From positions 1,426,001 to 1,490,000 of the forward strand of contig CAJFCJ010000012.1 in assembly GCA_904063045.1 (NCBI GenBank): DNA of 64,000 nucleotides, in the 5' to 3' direction. Shown here piece by piece: positions 1 to 13,221 of this stretch. Source of the stretch: Dimorphilus gyrociliatus (taxonomy: Eukaryota > Animalia > Annelida). The position numbers and the translations under genes are program-made. The notes below the pieces were generated by a model. The model made no database searches. It worked only from the letters and a program-made list of their open reading frames with translations, and was not told the origin of the DNA. The number at the start of each line of letters is the position of its first letter. Position 1 is the first letter of the stretch.

Positions 1-3000
1 GTTGCTTCTTTCACAGTTGACGGTCGGGAATTGATTTGCCTTCCACAGGCCTTCGAACTCTTCCTCAAGCACTTGGTGGGCGGACTACACACAGTCTATA
101 CGAAATTGAAGCGTCTCAATGTCATTCCAGTGGTTTGTAATGTCGAACAAGTAAGAACGCTCCGCGGCCTAGGCGCGATTCAACCGGGCGTCAACAGGTG
201 CAAACTGATCGCGCCCAGAGAGTTCGACGTTTTGTACGAAGATTGTACGAGTTCAAGGCTAGTATTCAAATTGTAGCATTTGCGAACGACAAACAAAGCG
301 CGGTTTTGTTTGTCGAGTATAGAATTCGTGTAAATTTTTAATTAGAATCACTCGAATAATTGCTCTCTATTTATCTTCTACGATTCTCTGTCAATACGCG
401 AACGTCGTTGTTTGCGCTCCTAATCCCTGCTATATATGAGAAGATTATAGATAAGATAAGGCATAGAAAAGGGAAAGCATTTAGAGACTAGGCAAATGTG
501 ACAAACACGTGTTTCCAGTTATGTAAACGACTGAATATATTTTAGCATTTAAAAGCATTTTATAATATATATCGTGTGAGCGCAAGACGCGATGCCAATT
601 CGAAAGTATTAGGATACGTACTTGGGGGAACCTTTCTCCGTTTAAAAACGTGCCCTGACCCTTTATAAACTAACCATCGTTAATACCCTCTTACGTCGCG
701 TGATTCAGTCGGTCTTCTTTCATATTGTCATATCGGTCCATTTGTTCGGCGAATTCGAAGAATATTAAATTTCAGTAGCAGATACAATTTAGATATATAA
801 AAATTTCCTTTTTAGCCCTTTAAACCCTATCCCACTTATGTTCTTCCTTTCATATAATTTATTTAATCCTATTATTATTTATTTTACTTGTGTAAACATA
901 ACCCTTATTATCTATTATATAGGTTATATATAGAATATATACTGTATATATGTATATATACATATACATATATATATATTTAAGTAAAAGTACTTTTTAG
1001 GTTTGCGTATCCTAATATCAAAGTGATATAAATGTAATTACACTGTAATATAATGGCCTATTTATATACTGTATATATAAATATTACATATATGCTATAT
1101 TATATAGTATATATGTTTATATATATATGCATACTTTTCATATTTACATAAAAAATTTCTCTTTCTATTTGAGCTTTAAAGCTTATTCAAGAGGCGTAAA
1201 TGGAAGATTAGAGAGGCATAGGATATACTCGAGCGAGTATAAACTAGATTGATGAATAACGTCTAATTACACAAACAACACGTTCGCCTGTACATGTATA
1301 AAGTTGAATACATTTATATTAATATATTAATGTATTAACAGTTACTAAATTAGGAATAGAAAAGAAGCTACTTAGGCGGGAGGGAAAAGAGAGCAAATGA
1401 CTTTATATATCTCCGTTGCCGAGATTAATTTGTTTTGCTGTTTAGGGAAATTTTTTTGTTGTTCTCTTTCGTTGTTTCCGTAGATTTATGTGCACGTGTT
1501 ACTTGGATGGAAATATGTAGAAATTGGCAAAATGTCGGTAACCTTTCACCTTCATACTTTACTTGAATAACGACCTGTGCCAATCGTTTTCGAATTTGGC
1601 GTAAAACGCGCGAATCGCCGGTCGAAGATAAATGGACAATGGTCAAGGAGGCTTTCACTGCTATATATACACGAAAACGGTTTTGTTATAAATCGTCGTA
1701 CATCTGTCGAATTTTTTTTTGAAAGTGAAGATCGTATTTTAAAGGGTCTGCACCTGAGGGGTGTCTATATACCAGATAAACGTCGGCATTGGATAAAAGG
1801 GTTTTGTTTTTATTATCAGTCTTCTCTCCGCAACTCTTCATAGAGTCTACTTAATAGATTATATATATGAGATAGAATAGTCACAAATGAAAGTTTATTT
1901 TTTAAGACTCCTCCCATTTTTTAATAACCGATAAAAACTGAAAATAATTAGGAGCGTCTCTTTGATGATGCAATGCGGTTTTCACCACCTGCGAGTTTAC
2001 TTTGCTTTACTTTGATCTTTTGACCAGAAACCGCTTCACCTGTTGGTGACGGTGCGTAATCCGAACGACGTCACGACGTCATTAGGAGACGCCGATTAGC
2101 GACCTTTGACGATTTGTATATAGTATATCGTAATTATATTTGTGACTTATCTCTACGTTGAAGATATTCCATGGCGAAATGTGTTTGGTAAAGGGTTTTT
2201 AGACTAAAAGCAAATATACATTGTATAAATGAGAAGGAAAATAAAGTGGAGGATATGAAACGCATCTGTTGCGGGCGTTGAAATCTTCAAAAGACACCCA
2301 GCGTAGGGTTTCATATTTCAAATTAAGACGCGGTAATTTACAAATCAATTGAAAACCGAATCGCTTATCAGTCGCATTGAAGTCACCGCGATCGGAACGG
2401 CGCGCAATTGTTTAACTAAGGCAAGTGTAATGAAAACATTGGCGGTTTGAGTAAAGAAAATGATATTTATTGTTCGTCTTTGTTTGTCGTACGATTTGCA
2501 TATTTAAAAAGCTATAAAGAGAGCAGCAAGCGTTCAGCGAGCAGTTATTATAATCCGGCTATATGTATTTAATCGACTTGAGACGCCGAAAGACATTCTT
2601 TATATAAACAAAGGTAAATCGATGGTGCAGGAAGTCAGTGACGCAGATTTTAAAAGCTTCCGCTTTTGCGCCGAGCGTCTTCTGATTGTCCCGTAATCGA
2701 TGCGTCATTGGCTAGTGACGGTCACATGACCTCATCATTGATTCCGTTATTGGTTGGCATAAGGATCACGTGTCTTCGTCACGTGGAAAAGATTGATGAT
2801 TGTTGCTGCTGAGTAAATAAGTAGAAAGCGTCCTTCTACTCCTGTAACCTGAAGCCGTTACCTGGCCGCAGATTAACGCGCACCAAACAAAGACATCGTA
2901 AATTAGAAGAGCGTTACCCGACCTCCGTAAACGGATGTCGTCTTTAGCAGCAGATGGTGCATTTTTCACGTCAAAATTCATAATAATTTTGCCGGCGGCT

Positions 3001-6000
3001 ACAAAACGCTGGTGCGGTCTTTGTCGAGTGCCGCCCTTCCATACACTGATCTCATGCATCGCTGCCAAATTATATAGATATATATAAAAATACAGTTCTC
3101 TTTATAACTTTATATATACAGTTCGCGTCCCGGCAGACCGGCCAAGCGAAGCTCGGACAGCGGGAACGGCGTGGATTCGGCGTCACCGATGGAGCGTTTC
3201 AAGAAACCGAGACCAGAGCACTCCGACATCGCATTCCCCAACCATCCGCACGACGTTAACCTGCACGGTAAGTTAATTGTAACAAAATAGAACGTAATAG
3301 GTACTATAGACCAAAAGCATACACATTTAATAGTTAAACTGTACACAATTATTAATATTAACGCTGTCATTAATATTAATATTGAATAAGAATATATCTA
3401 CAGTATATATATCTATATCTTAATATCCACATATACATATGATATTAAGGATCGATAAATACCTTTTAACTGTTCGAAACATGTCATCTGTGTTCTGTTA
3501 TAAATGGACTATGGTAAACTAAAGATCGTATTACATTTGTTTAGAACATATACAGTTTAGGAGCACTAATTGTAAATGCTACCCATTTTTGGGGACGCCC
3601 GAAATTGTTTATAGTGACGCCTTCGGCCTCTTTCTATTATAAGTGAACCCAAGAGTGTCATATCATCTTCATCTACGTGATGAGTGCCTTATTGTCCTTT
3701 CGAAGCCACGCTCCACTCTCATTCGTCATATTTAGTGACTGATGTTTGCTCTTTCCTTTTGATATATATATACAATACTGTATAGTTAACTGAAAGAGAA
3801 GAGAAATATTCTACACAAGCTATAAAGTTTTTTTTGTCTTTTCTTCTTTTCTCTCTCTCTTTCTGTCTCTCGAGCTTACAGTTCGTGAGGAAGAAAAGAG
3901 GAAGAGAGAAAGTATTTTTCTCTTTTCTCTAAAGTACATACCGCTTTTACCAATAGCTCCTTTTTCGATCCTAGTAATTAAAGACTAATCATTTAATTAT
4001 CCCAACGCGACATCACGCCAGCGGCCCTGTATACTATTTCAATTATAAATTAAAAGTTGCGTTGAAAAAAATGTCTTATATTGCAATACGTTCAGGTAAA
4101 TATTAATATAATTAAATACAAAGGATTTAAATTAATTAGATAGATTTTTTTCTAAATATAATAATATTGTATTGTTAAATAGAACGAATAAACACACACA
4201 CACACACACACAACACACGAAGACACGCATGCACAGATATAAATATACAGTATATATATATATATATATATATATATACTGTATATTCATATATTTAATT
4301 ATTATATATACTATATAAATGTACTATCTGAGTTAATGGAACTACAGTTTCCTCTATATAGTTTCTTAAAGCTAGCAGACTTTCATAGATTGCACGACTT
4401 TAATTAAAGAGTCGGAAGGGTAATTGTCCAGTTCCATACTGATCAAATTGCAGTTCTTCTGTTGACTGGACAATTTCGAGTAGATTATGTTACATGGCAA
4501 TTGTTTTCGTTGCCAATGATTTACTGTTGCTTTAGCTGTTCGACTCAAGTGGGAATTGTTGCAGATAAAAAATCGCCCCTCTTCAGTAACGGCTATAATT
4601 TCCCACCGCACCTGGCTGCCGCCTCCCTACAACCGTTCATGCCGCTCGCCCATCCGGCCATGATGGCCGCCATGCATAACCTCATCCCGCCCCCGGCCTT
4701 GCCTCTACGACCTTCGTCGCCTCGACAAGAACACAACAATAATCGGGTCAAAGATGACGATGATGACGACAGTAATCATGCAAACGAAGGTGGACTAGTC
4801 GATTTGTCCATCAAGTCCCGCGATAGATCTCCCATCAGCGCTGGAGAAGAGATGAGTGACGATGAAAGGGATGGATCACCGAGCCCTCAACCGCAAGAGA
4901 CGAAGAAAAACGCCTCCGGCTTTATTGGAATCGGTGGCATTTGCGGTGGTGGCAGTAGCGGAGGAGCGGGTAGCGGATCTTTTTCCCAAACGAGAGGACG
5001 CCTTGGTGTTGTACCACATCCAGGACTTTTGCCCGACCATGACGTACCAACGAACCCCGTTGAAACTATCTTAATGAACATACATGGAATGCTTAAAGTG
5101 GCAGCCGAAACTACTCGTCACAACGAACGACAGAACAACTTCGAAAAAGGTTCGTAATTAGGCCGTAATTAGCGCTGAACGTCATTAGAACAATATGGGA
5201 AATACGAGTAGAGTAAAGATGAAAAAGGAAAAAGGAATAAGCTAATGATGTCGCGAGCAATTAGCGACTAGTCACATCACGTAAAATAGACAGAAGCGAC
5301 AATCGATAAAGCAAATCATTTCTCAACGCGTCTATATGTGTGTATATATATATATAAACGTTCAGACAAACAACGCCTTCTTTTCATATGGCTACGTACT
5401 CATGTTTAGACCGCGACCCCTTTTATAGGTTCGCCCTTAATAAAAGCGAAGCATCGTGTTCATCGCTGCTCTTTACAGAGTAAATAGGTGATTTTGTTTG
5501 TACACCGCGTGCAGCCCTTCCTTTTCTCTGTTCGAGCGTTTTTTGTCGGAGGAGCTTTGTGCAAAATACACCGATAACGATCGCTTTGCATATGGCGCGA
5601 TAATGACATTCTCTTCTATATTTTACTCGTCTCATTGTATTCTCTTATTTACATTGTATGCTATATAGTTACGTATTTAATCATATAGGTGAATTACGGG
5701 TGGCTCTAAGTAGAGAAAGAGAGCTTCGAGGCCAATTAGAAAACGAATTAGCGTCAGAGAAGAGGGCCAATGCTGAATTAAGAAAGAAGTTGAACAAGGA
5801 GAAAGACTTGCGTAAACAATTCGAGGAGCAAGCAAATGCGGTTAACGTCGATAAAACGGCGGATGAACGGTGCGAATCGACCGGTATGTATATTGCGTAT
5901 TCATCGCTTTTTTTTCTTTTTTGTCCTTCAAATGTATACTTAATTCCATTTTCATTCTCTTCTTATTCATTCGCTAATGTTATACAGGTTCAATGGAATC

Positions 6001-6303
6001 CGGTACGAGTGATTCGTCGGACCGACCGCCAACTATGGTACCCGGAAAGCGTCTATCAGATCAAGCTATTCCAGGTAGGAATTGTTCTATTAATACAAAA
6101 AAAAAACTTTTTTTTATCCTCATTCCTTTTTTCTCTTTCGATGATTTTTACTAATTAAAATATTTTCTAACATTTCTCTCTAAGAACGAGGTCATCGCGA
6201 AGTAATGCAAAGTATAGTAGACGCTTATTTGGCTCAACAGAAATGCTCCGTTCCCAATGGTTATCCACATTCCACCTATATGAAACCAACAGAAGCCGTT
6301 TAA
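1..6303 (+). CDS. dac: Dachshund transcriptional cofactor, 5' partial; exons <1-257, 3122-3267, 4565-5149, 5689-5883, 5988-6074, 6185-6303
   Basis: Exon 1 encodes the DD1/Ski-Sno box ICLPQAFELFLKHLVGGLHTVYTKLKRL...GVNRCKLI. Exon 2 starts SRPGRPAKR. Exons 3-4 encode the DD2 coiled coil ETILMNIHGMLKVA...ELRVALSRERELRGQLENEL. Splice phases are consistent (2,1,1,1,1); stop TAA at 6301-6303. Confidence 0.95.
258..3121 (+). other. dac intron 1, 2864 nt, with probable non-canonical GC donor (AG|GCTAGT...TACAG)
   Basis: Only this phase-2 donor gives YEDCTSSSSRPGRP, which aligns without gaps to vertebrate DACH YNDCTNASSRPGRP. Confidence 0.7.
4192..4287. repeat. (AC)n microsatellite followed by a perfect 46-bp palindrome AATATACAG(TA)14CTGTATATT
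   Basis: Read directly: (AC)n at 4192-4212 and palindrome at 4242-4287, inside dac intron 2. Confidence 0.9.
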
Positions 6304-8058
6304 TTAATTAACTAATTGTTTCTTTTTTGTTTGTTTGTTTGTTTTTTCCTCTTCCTTTTTTTTTTTTAACTATTTTATTTTTTTTTGTGCTGCAAGCTTT
6401 TACCTCCGATTTTAGCTGTTGTTCAAATCGTCTCGAAAATATGTCTTACGTCCTATGTATACATATATACATAAATAACTATATAGCATATTGTTGTGTG
6501 TACATTGAAGAAATTATATATTCTATATATGTATATAAGGAGAAAAACGTATAATATGTGTTGTACCCGGAAATTATTATTTAATTACCTTATACGAATA
6601 AACAACGAACTAAAGACGGACTACAGTCGGTACTATTAAATTTCAATTAAACACCGTCTTACTTCAAACAAGCACTCGACATTCTCTATAAAAGATATAG
6701 CAGTTCGTGTAAATTCGACCGACTTATATTTAGAAGAGGGAAGGGGTGTTCGGCTGCATTAAAGTCGCCATGAAGTCTATGAAGTGACGGGTGTGACGAT
6801 GCAAAATACACAAAGCTCTTAAACACGAAAAGCTTTAGTAATTTTCTCAGCAAACACAAAATAAACAATTTGTGAACATTTGCTCTTTATACAGTCCCGA
6901 TCCAGTCCAGCGGCGATAATATTGACAGTAAATAATTCGCACAAACTAAGAAAGGTTAAATATATGTTTATATGCGAAAGAGCGATCCTAATTACGTTCG
7001 ATTGCCCAGTTCATATTTGCCTGTCAGATTTATGCAAGGGGAGATTTATTGCCGCGTCGTCTATTTGTTAATATTCGCGAAGAGCCGTAAAATCTATATG
7101 GAATAAGAAAACCGTTAGAAGTATCTGATACATTAGCGTTATAGAGTCTTTCTTTCTCTCTCTCTCTCCTTATTTTTTTTAACATCTATTCGGTTAACAT
7201 AAGAGAGTACCTCGATCGGTAAGATTATAAAGAGGAGAAAAAAAGAAAAAGAAAAAGAGTCAGATAAGCAAACAGGACGCCACTCAACACGCGGCCCTAA
7301 GGTACTTTACAATGACGCCCTTTTCAACTGTCCGCGGCGAATGTAAGCACTTACGCGGCGTTAGGCGACTTGAATGCAACAGTACAACTGCCGGTTCTCA
7401 AGCCGATTTCGATTGTTGAAAAGACGAATGATACGGACAGGTGTGAAAAGCTACGCGGCTCGGCAGGCAACCGTCATAAATCAATCTGGTCGAACGGTTC
7501 ACTGTCTGTTCGTCTGTGTGGGCTGACGACAGGAGGAAGAACGACCGTATACCAACGTTTTTTCGCCTGAAAAAATGCAGAAGACTAACGACTGCATGAT
7601 AAAATTTGTATGAGGCGAAAAACGCCGTACAAAGAGAATGAAGAACGACAATAGCTGAAAAAGGCCATGACCCGACATTAGGCAACAGATACTCTCAGAC
7701 TGAGAGCTTTATAATGAAATGACAGTCTTTACGCTTTTCTCCATCAATGTTTCATCTAACCTAGAGGCGATGCAGCGTTACAGCTTTTATATAATATACG
7801 ATCCCCCACCGTCGTTATTTATTAATTATTACAATTTTTTCCGTTTCGCTTTTCTTGTCAAACGCTCGCCGACATTCCGCGCCATCTGACGCAGTATTAA
7901 GTTTTGCGGTGGGCGTGGCTCATCCACTGTTTTATGTTTTTTATGTTATCGTTAATTTCTCTAATGAACAAAGTCTTTATTCTCAGCTTTAACCTTTATT
8001 AAATTAATTTCTCTAACAACAAGACATACACAATCATTATGCATAATTTACATATCAA

Positions 8059-9170
8059 TTAATTACTGGTAGGGGCGGGAGATGGTGCTGGAGCTCGCGA
8101 GATGACAAACGCAATAAACTTATGGACAAATTTCCTAATAAACTCAGGACAACGATAATCGTAAACCAAACGCTCAGCCGTAATTCTTAACTCGTAAAAG
8201 AGTTGTCTGCGGATACAAAGTACTTTTAGTGATAAGTTATGAGGCATGTGTTTTGACCCTCTTACTTTGAGTATGGATTCCTAACGGAGGCGTATCTTAG
8301 CGACAAAAATCGGTAGTAGAGGAATGGAAGGAAAATCATAGCTTTCCCGCTGTTGATTTTTCAAATATAAATATTTATGAAATATATGATTAATGTCAAT
8401 ATTATAAGTATGCATAATTAATTATACGAAAAAAAAAGAAAATTAGTTACCTGAATATCATAAAGACGACTAAAGGCATTAGAAATATTTCTGTTACCGC
8501 AATAAATCTTAATATAGAGACTTGTTGCGCTTGTAATTTGGTTAATAGATTTCTTATAAGAGGCATTGAATTAGGTCCGGATTGCTGTTGAATATGTTTG
8601 ATTAATAATGGAATTATTATTAAATTATCTTATTTTAATCATTACGTTCATCAAATCCACGGTAAATTTTGCTGAATGAAGGAGAGCGAAAAGAAAGATT
8701 GGTACCAAGACCATTGTGAACGGACTGTTGCTCATAAATATTAGTACGAAGAATAGATAATGTGCAGAGTCCTCCGCAAAAAGTCTCCCAGCGAATTCTC
8801 TACTGAATTGAATTCTAGGCAACCTTTGGTGTAATCGTAGGGCTGATGTCGCTCCAGCCGCTAGTAAAGCTTTATTGTAGTGTTGAACAGGATGACCTCT
8901 AATTTTTAAACAAAGAATGAGCCTCTATACAGATGGATATTTTAATTTACAAACCCTATGATTGGTATAAAATACATCAGTGTGAAAAATATTGTGAATA
9001 TTCGAGTTAGCCACAAAACTGAGGATATTTTGTCTCTCATCAAGAAACCCTGGTTGGAAATAAATAAATTGACGTCTGTAGTTGGAGAACATATGTAAAA
9101 TTACCAGTAGACCACTCTGCTGTCTGTTGGACGACTCTTGCGAGTTTGTTCCTTGAGAATCATCCGACAT
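8059..9170 (-). CDS. TMEM33: Transmembrane protein 33 (Pom33/Tts1 family, ER membrane), about 6 exons
   Basis: Spliced product contains WLTRIFTIFF, YNKALLAAGATSALRLHQRLPRIQFSREF, EDSAHYLFFVLIF and YYRFLSLRYASVRNPYSKQLFYELR, matching TMEM33 motifs; introns are GT-AG. Confidence 0.93.
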
Positions 9171-9452
9171 TATTATTTAATATTGTGTATAAGTCGACTC
9201 TAATTTCGTTACTACCAAAAATAATTGATTTATTGCACAGAAAGGCCGTCTAACTGTTTAATTTTCTTTGTCGTAAAATACGCAAATCACCAAAAGGCTC
9301 TTTTGGCATGTAATTCCGGAAACGGAAAGTTAGTATATTTTAAAGCAAAACTGGTAAGTAATTCTCGAAATATGCAACCATCGTGCTCTACTACCCATTC
9401 GGTAAACACGTCGTCGTTGTTGAAATTAAAAGTAAAGAAATCTCTTGCTTAA
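9171..9452. promoter_or_regulatory. Bidirectional promoter TMEM33/RARS1
   Basis: Head-to-head ATGs are 282 bp apart; tandem ETS-like cores TTCCGGAA (9314-9321) and CGGAAAGT (9323-9330). Confidence 0.6.
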
Positions 9453-12288
9453 ATGGACACAGAAGTGCAAAAGGTCTTGGAAAGGACAAAAGCTGCTGTA
9501 AGTGGGGTTATAAGTTAAAAAAGTGATTCTCATAGCATGGTCTTATCAATTTTTTTTAATCATATCATTTCCCCGAAACTTGCATCAGCCTTTAAATATC
9601 GAAATAATATTTCCCTAACTGAGTCATTTTCCCTTATGAGATGAAAAAAACATTTTTTTTAAAAACTTATTTTTATTAAATTGAGACCAAATTCTTTCAT
9701 TAAAGCTAATGTCGTCAATGACGTTGAAATTTCTTTTTATATCATAAAACAGATTAGCGTAAGAATACAGTAATTTCAATAATAGAGAATATATATTCCA
9801 GATTATCTATGGATAATGAACTTGCTCAATTCATTTTCTTATGTCAAAATATGTTTGCAACTCAAATACAAGCAATATACCACACACGATTTCGAATTTC
9901 ATTTAATAATAGAGTTGTGAATTATTTTATCTCAACTAGATTATATACTACATGTCATATTTCAAAATATTTCATCAGTTTCTAATTCTCTATAAATATT
10001 TTCAGGAGCAGGAAATCAACCATTTGGAATCCGAACTGAAAGCAATGCAACAGAATAGTTCAAACGATGAAAATGATCCAGCAATAGAGGCTTTGAGGAC
10101 AGAGAATTCAAAGTTGAAGTATCAAAGGATGCATCTACAGAGGGTAAAAATCAATTATAATTTTCTTACTAAGATTTTATTGAAAATTTACTGAATTTTT
10201 TATGCAGGCGATAAACGAACAGAGTAAAAACTCTGGCAAAAATATGACTAGTCTGATAAAAATATTGAAAAACTTCTTTCAAGAGTCATTAAACTCTAGC
10301 TATCCTCAGCTATCTCATTGCACTGTAGATGTAACACCATCAACTAAAATAACATTTGGTGATTACCAGTGTAATAGTGCTATGGCTCTCAGTGGGGTTT
10401 GTATACAAATTATTTTAAATAGTTTTTTAATTAAAATTCTTTCCTCAATTAGGAAATGAAAAAGTTAGGAGCAAAAACAGCTCCAAGAGAGATAGCACAG
10501 AATCTTGTAGCTAAGCTTCCCCTATCAAGCTCTGAAGTTATTGAAAAAGTAATTTTCGATTCATTTTGTTATATAAATAGAAAGAGTAATTTGCTTTTTC
10601 TTTTCATCTTCTTAATTTAGACTGAAATTGCTGGACCTGGATTTATAAATATTCACTTGAAAAATTCTTTTGTTTTAAGTGAATTAACTGCTTTAATTAC
10701 TAAGGGTGTTCGACCACCCTACGTTGGTCCAACCAAGCGTGTTATTGTCGATATGTCATCACCAAATATCGCTAAGGAAATGCACGTTGGTCATCTCAGG
10801 TATGACTCTTGAATTCTTGCTCTAAAAACTTATTGGCAATTGAATAATAGTTATTTTTTTTCATTAGATCAACTATCATTGGCGATAGCATTTCAAGGTT
10901 GTGCTCTTACGTTGGTCACGATGTATTAAAATTGAATCATTTAGGCGATTGGGGAACTCAATTCGGAATGCTTATAACTCATCTTATTGAGAAATTTCCG
11001 AACTATAAAACTGAAATGCCACCAATTTCAGATTTAATGGAATTTTACAGAGTTAGTTTAATTTTCAAATTGAAATTCGCTCTATATAATTTCTAAATGT
11101 TTCCAGGAATCGAAAAAGCGCTTTGACAGTGATGAAGAATTTAAGAAGACTGCTTATCAGAATGTTGTACGCTTACAAGCTAAAGAGGAGGATTATTACA
11201 AAGCTTGGCTTCTAATATGTCATGAAAGTTTTAAAGCTTTTAATAAAATTTACAAATATTTAGACGTGCAAAATTTAGTAAATAGAGGAGAAAGCTTTTA
11301 TCAAGATCTTATGAAAGATACAGTAGAAATGTTGGATCGAAATGGAGTAACAGAAATAGACGAAGGACGTAAAATTGCTTGGCCAACCGGAGAGAAAGGT
11401 CAGGGTGTTCCTCTAACTCTTGTTAAATCGGATGGAGGTTTTACCTATGATACATCTGATATGGCTGCGCTCCGCCATCGACTCTTCGAGGAGAAAGCAG
11501 ATTGGATTCTGTATTGTGTTGATCAAGGCCAAAGCACTCATTTCGATGCCATATACCAAACCGCTCAAACTGCCGGATGGTATGATCCAAAAGAGAAAAG
11601 AGTGGAACACGTTGGTTTCGGTCTGGTGCTGGGTGATGATAAGAAAAAATTTAAAACTCGTTCTGGCGATACAGTTCGACTACAAGAATTATTAGATGAA
11701 GGCTTAATGCGTTCCGAAAAGAAGCTGAAGGAAAACAATCGAGATTCGGTTCTAACTCCCGAGGAGTTCAAGGCAGCGAAGGAGGCAACGGCATTCGGCT
11801 GTATTAAATATGCCGATTTATCCCATGTTCGAACTCACGATTACGTTTTCAGCTTTGATAGAATGCTGGATGATAAAGGCAATACGGCAATTTATCTATT
11901 GTATGCCTACACTCGTATCCGATCAATCGTTAAGAATACAAATCTATCAAAGGAAGAAATTGAAAAGCTCGCAGCCAATGCCACTGCCGAGAGTTTACCC
12001 ATTGACCATCCGAGAGAAATACGACTTGCAAAATTTTTGCTTAAATGGCCAGAAGTTATAGAAACCGTATACAAAACTCTAATGGTGAATTCATTATGCG
12101 AGTTTCTATACGAATTAGCTGGTGTTTTCACTGAATTCTACGAAAAATGCTACGTTGTTGAAAAAGACCGAACAACAGGAGAGATCGTCAAGGTCAATAC
12201 ACACCGTCTATTGTTGTGCGAAGCGACAGCTAATGTGATGAGAGCCGGATTTGACATCCTCGGACTACAAGCTATTGATAAAATGTAA
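9453..12288 (+). CDS. RARS1: Cytoplasmic arginyl-tRNA synthetase with N-terminal leucine-zipper extension
   Basis: Contains [34 protein letters not shown] (HIGH motif), [22 protein letters not shown] and [20 protein letters not shown] at 9453; long last exon ends TAA at 12288. Confidence 0.97.
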
Positions 12289-12342
12289 CTTTTTGGCTTT
12301 GATAAAAGAATAAAAAGAAAAATAAATTATTGAAACATTTCT

Positions 12343-13200
12343 TCAGCAGAATTTGATAAAAAATTCGTAACTCGCGTTAATTATGCCCCATGATAACAAG
12401 CCCCTAACTGCATTTACATGAACGCCTTTATATATACTTCTTAATGAATTCCCCCTTTCTTCTATAAGAATACGAAAAGTAGTTCGAACATTGACAAACT
12501 CACCGCCCAGTTTACTTTGCATTCGAGTTTTTATAACATTCACAGGATAAAAGAGAGTTCCTGTCATTGCACCCAAAACAGCACCGCAAAGAAAGTCGTT
12601 CAAAATCGCCCTTATGTTACTTGTAGGCTGTTTAAAATTCAGAAATTCTCCTAAATGTTCTCTAGATATAAAGAATACAGCATTTGAAGGTCCATTCCGA
12701 AGTAGAATAGGCACGAGTCCACGATAAAATTCTCTATATCCAAAACGATTATGCATCACTCGCATTGCGTGTACAGTGTTTTTAAATCGATTATGATATG
12801 CTTTATCTTGTAACAGAGTCTGAACTCGCTCCAAAGGCGTGAGAACAGCTTCGCAGCATCCGGCACCCATCGCAGCAATAGTCTGTTTAAATTCTTTACT
12901 TTTCGTGAAGTTTAAAGAATCAGTAATTAAATAAAAACGTTCATAAAATCCAAACATCAAGCTGAGCGATAAAGATTTTTGTATCAAAGGTGGAAGAAGA
13001 CCTCTGTACAAATAGAAAGCTCCTTCTTTTCGTAATTGTTTTAGAGCTCTTTGCGTTGTTACTCCATACAATTGCTGACGGAACATTATCTTATTTATGG
13101 GAAATGTAGCGCTCACATTTACGAATGCAGCACCTAATCCACAAATAAATTCCCCAAAAGGTCCAGTTCTGTTTAGGCGTTTCTCAACAGTCTTTACCAT
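12343..13200 (-). CDS. SLC25A51: Mitochondrial carrier, SLC25A51/MCART1 NAD+ transporter family; single coding exon
   Basis: 285 aa with three carrier repeats; TFPINKIMFRQQLYG, LYRGLLPPLIQK and EAVLTPLERVQTLLQD are characteristic of SLC25A51/52. Confidence 0.93.
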   Translation of the reverse strand: MVKTVEKRLNRTGPFGEFICGLGAAFVNVSATFPINKIMFRQQLYGVTTQRALKQLRKEGAFYLYRGLLPPLIQKSLSLSLMFGFYERFYLITDSLNFTKSKEFKQTIAAMGAGCCEAVLTPLERVQTLLQDKAYHNRFKNTVHAMRVMHNRFGYREFYRGLVPILLRNGPSNAVFFISREHLGEFLNFKQPTSNIRAILNDFLCGAVLGAMTGTLFYPVNVIKTRMQSKLGGEFVNVRTTFRILIEERGNSLRSIYKGVHVNAVRGLLSWGIINASYEFFIKFC

Positions 13201-13221
13201 CTTGCTCTTTTAATGCTGTTC

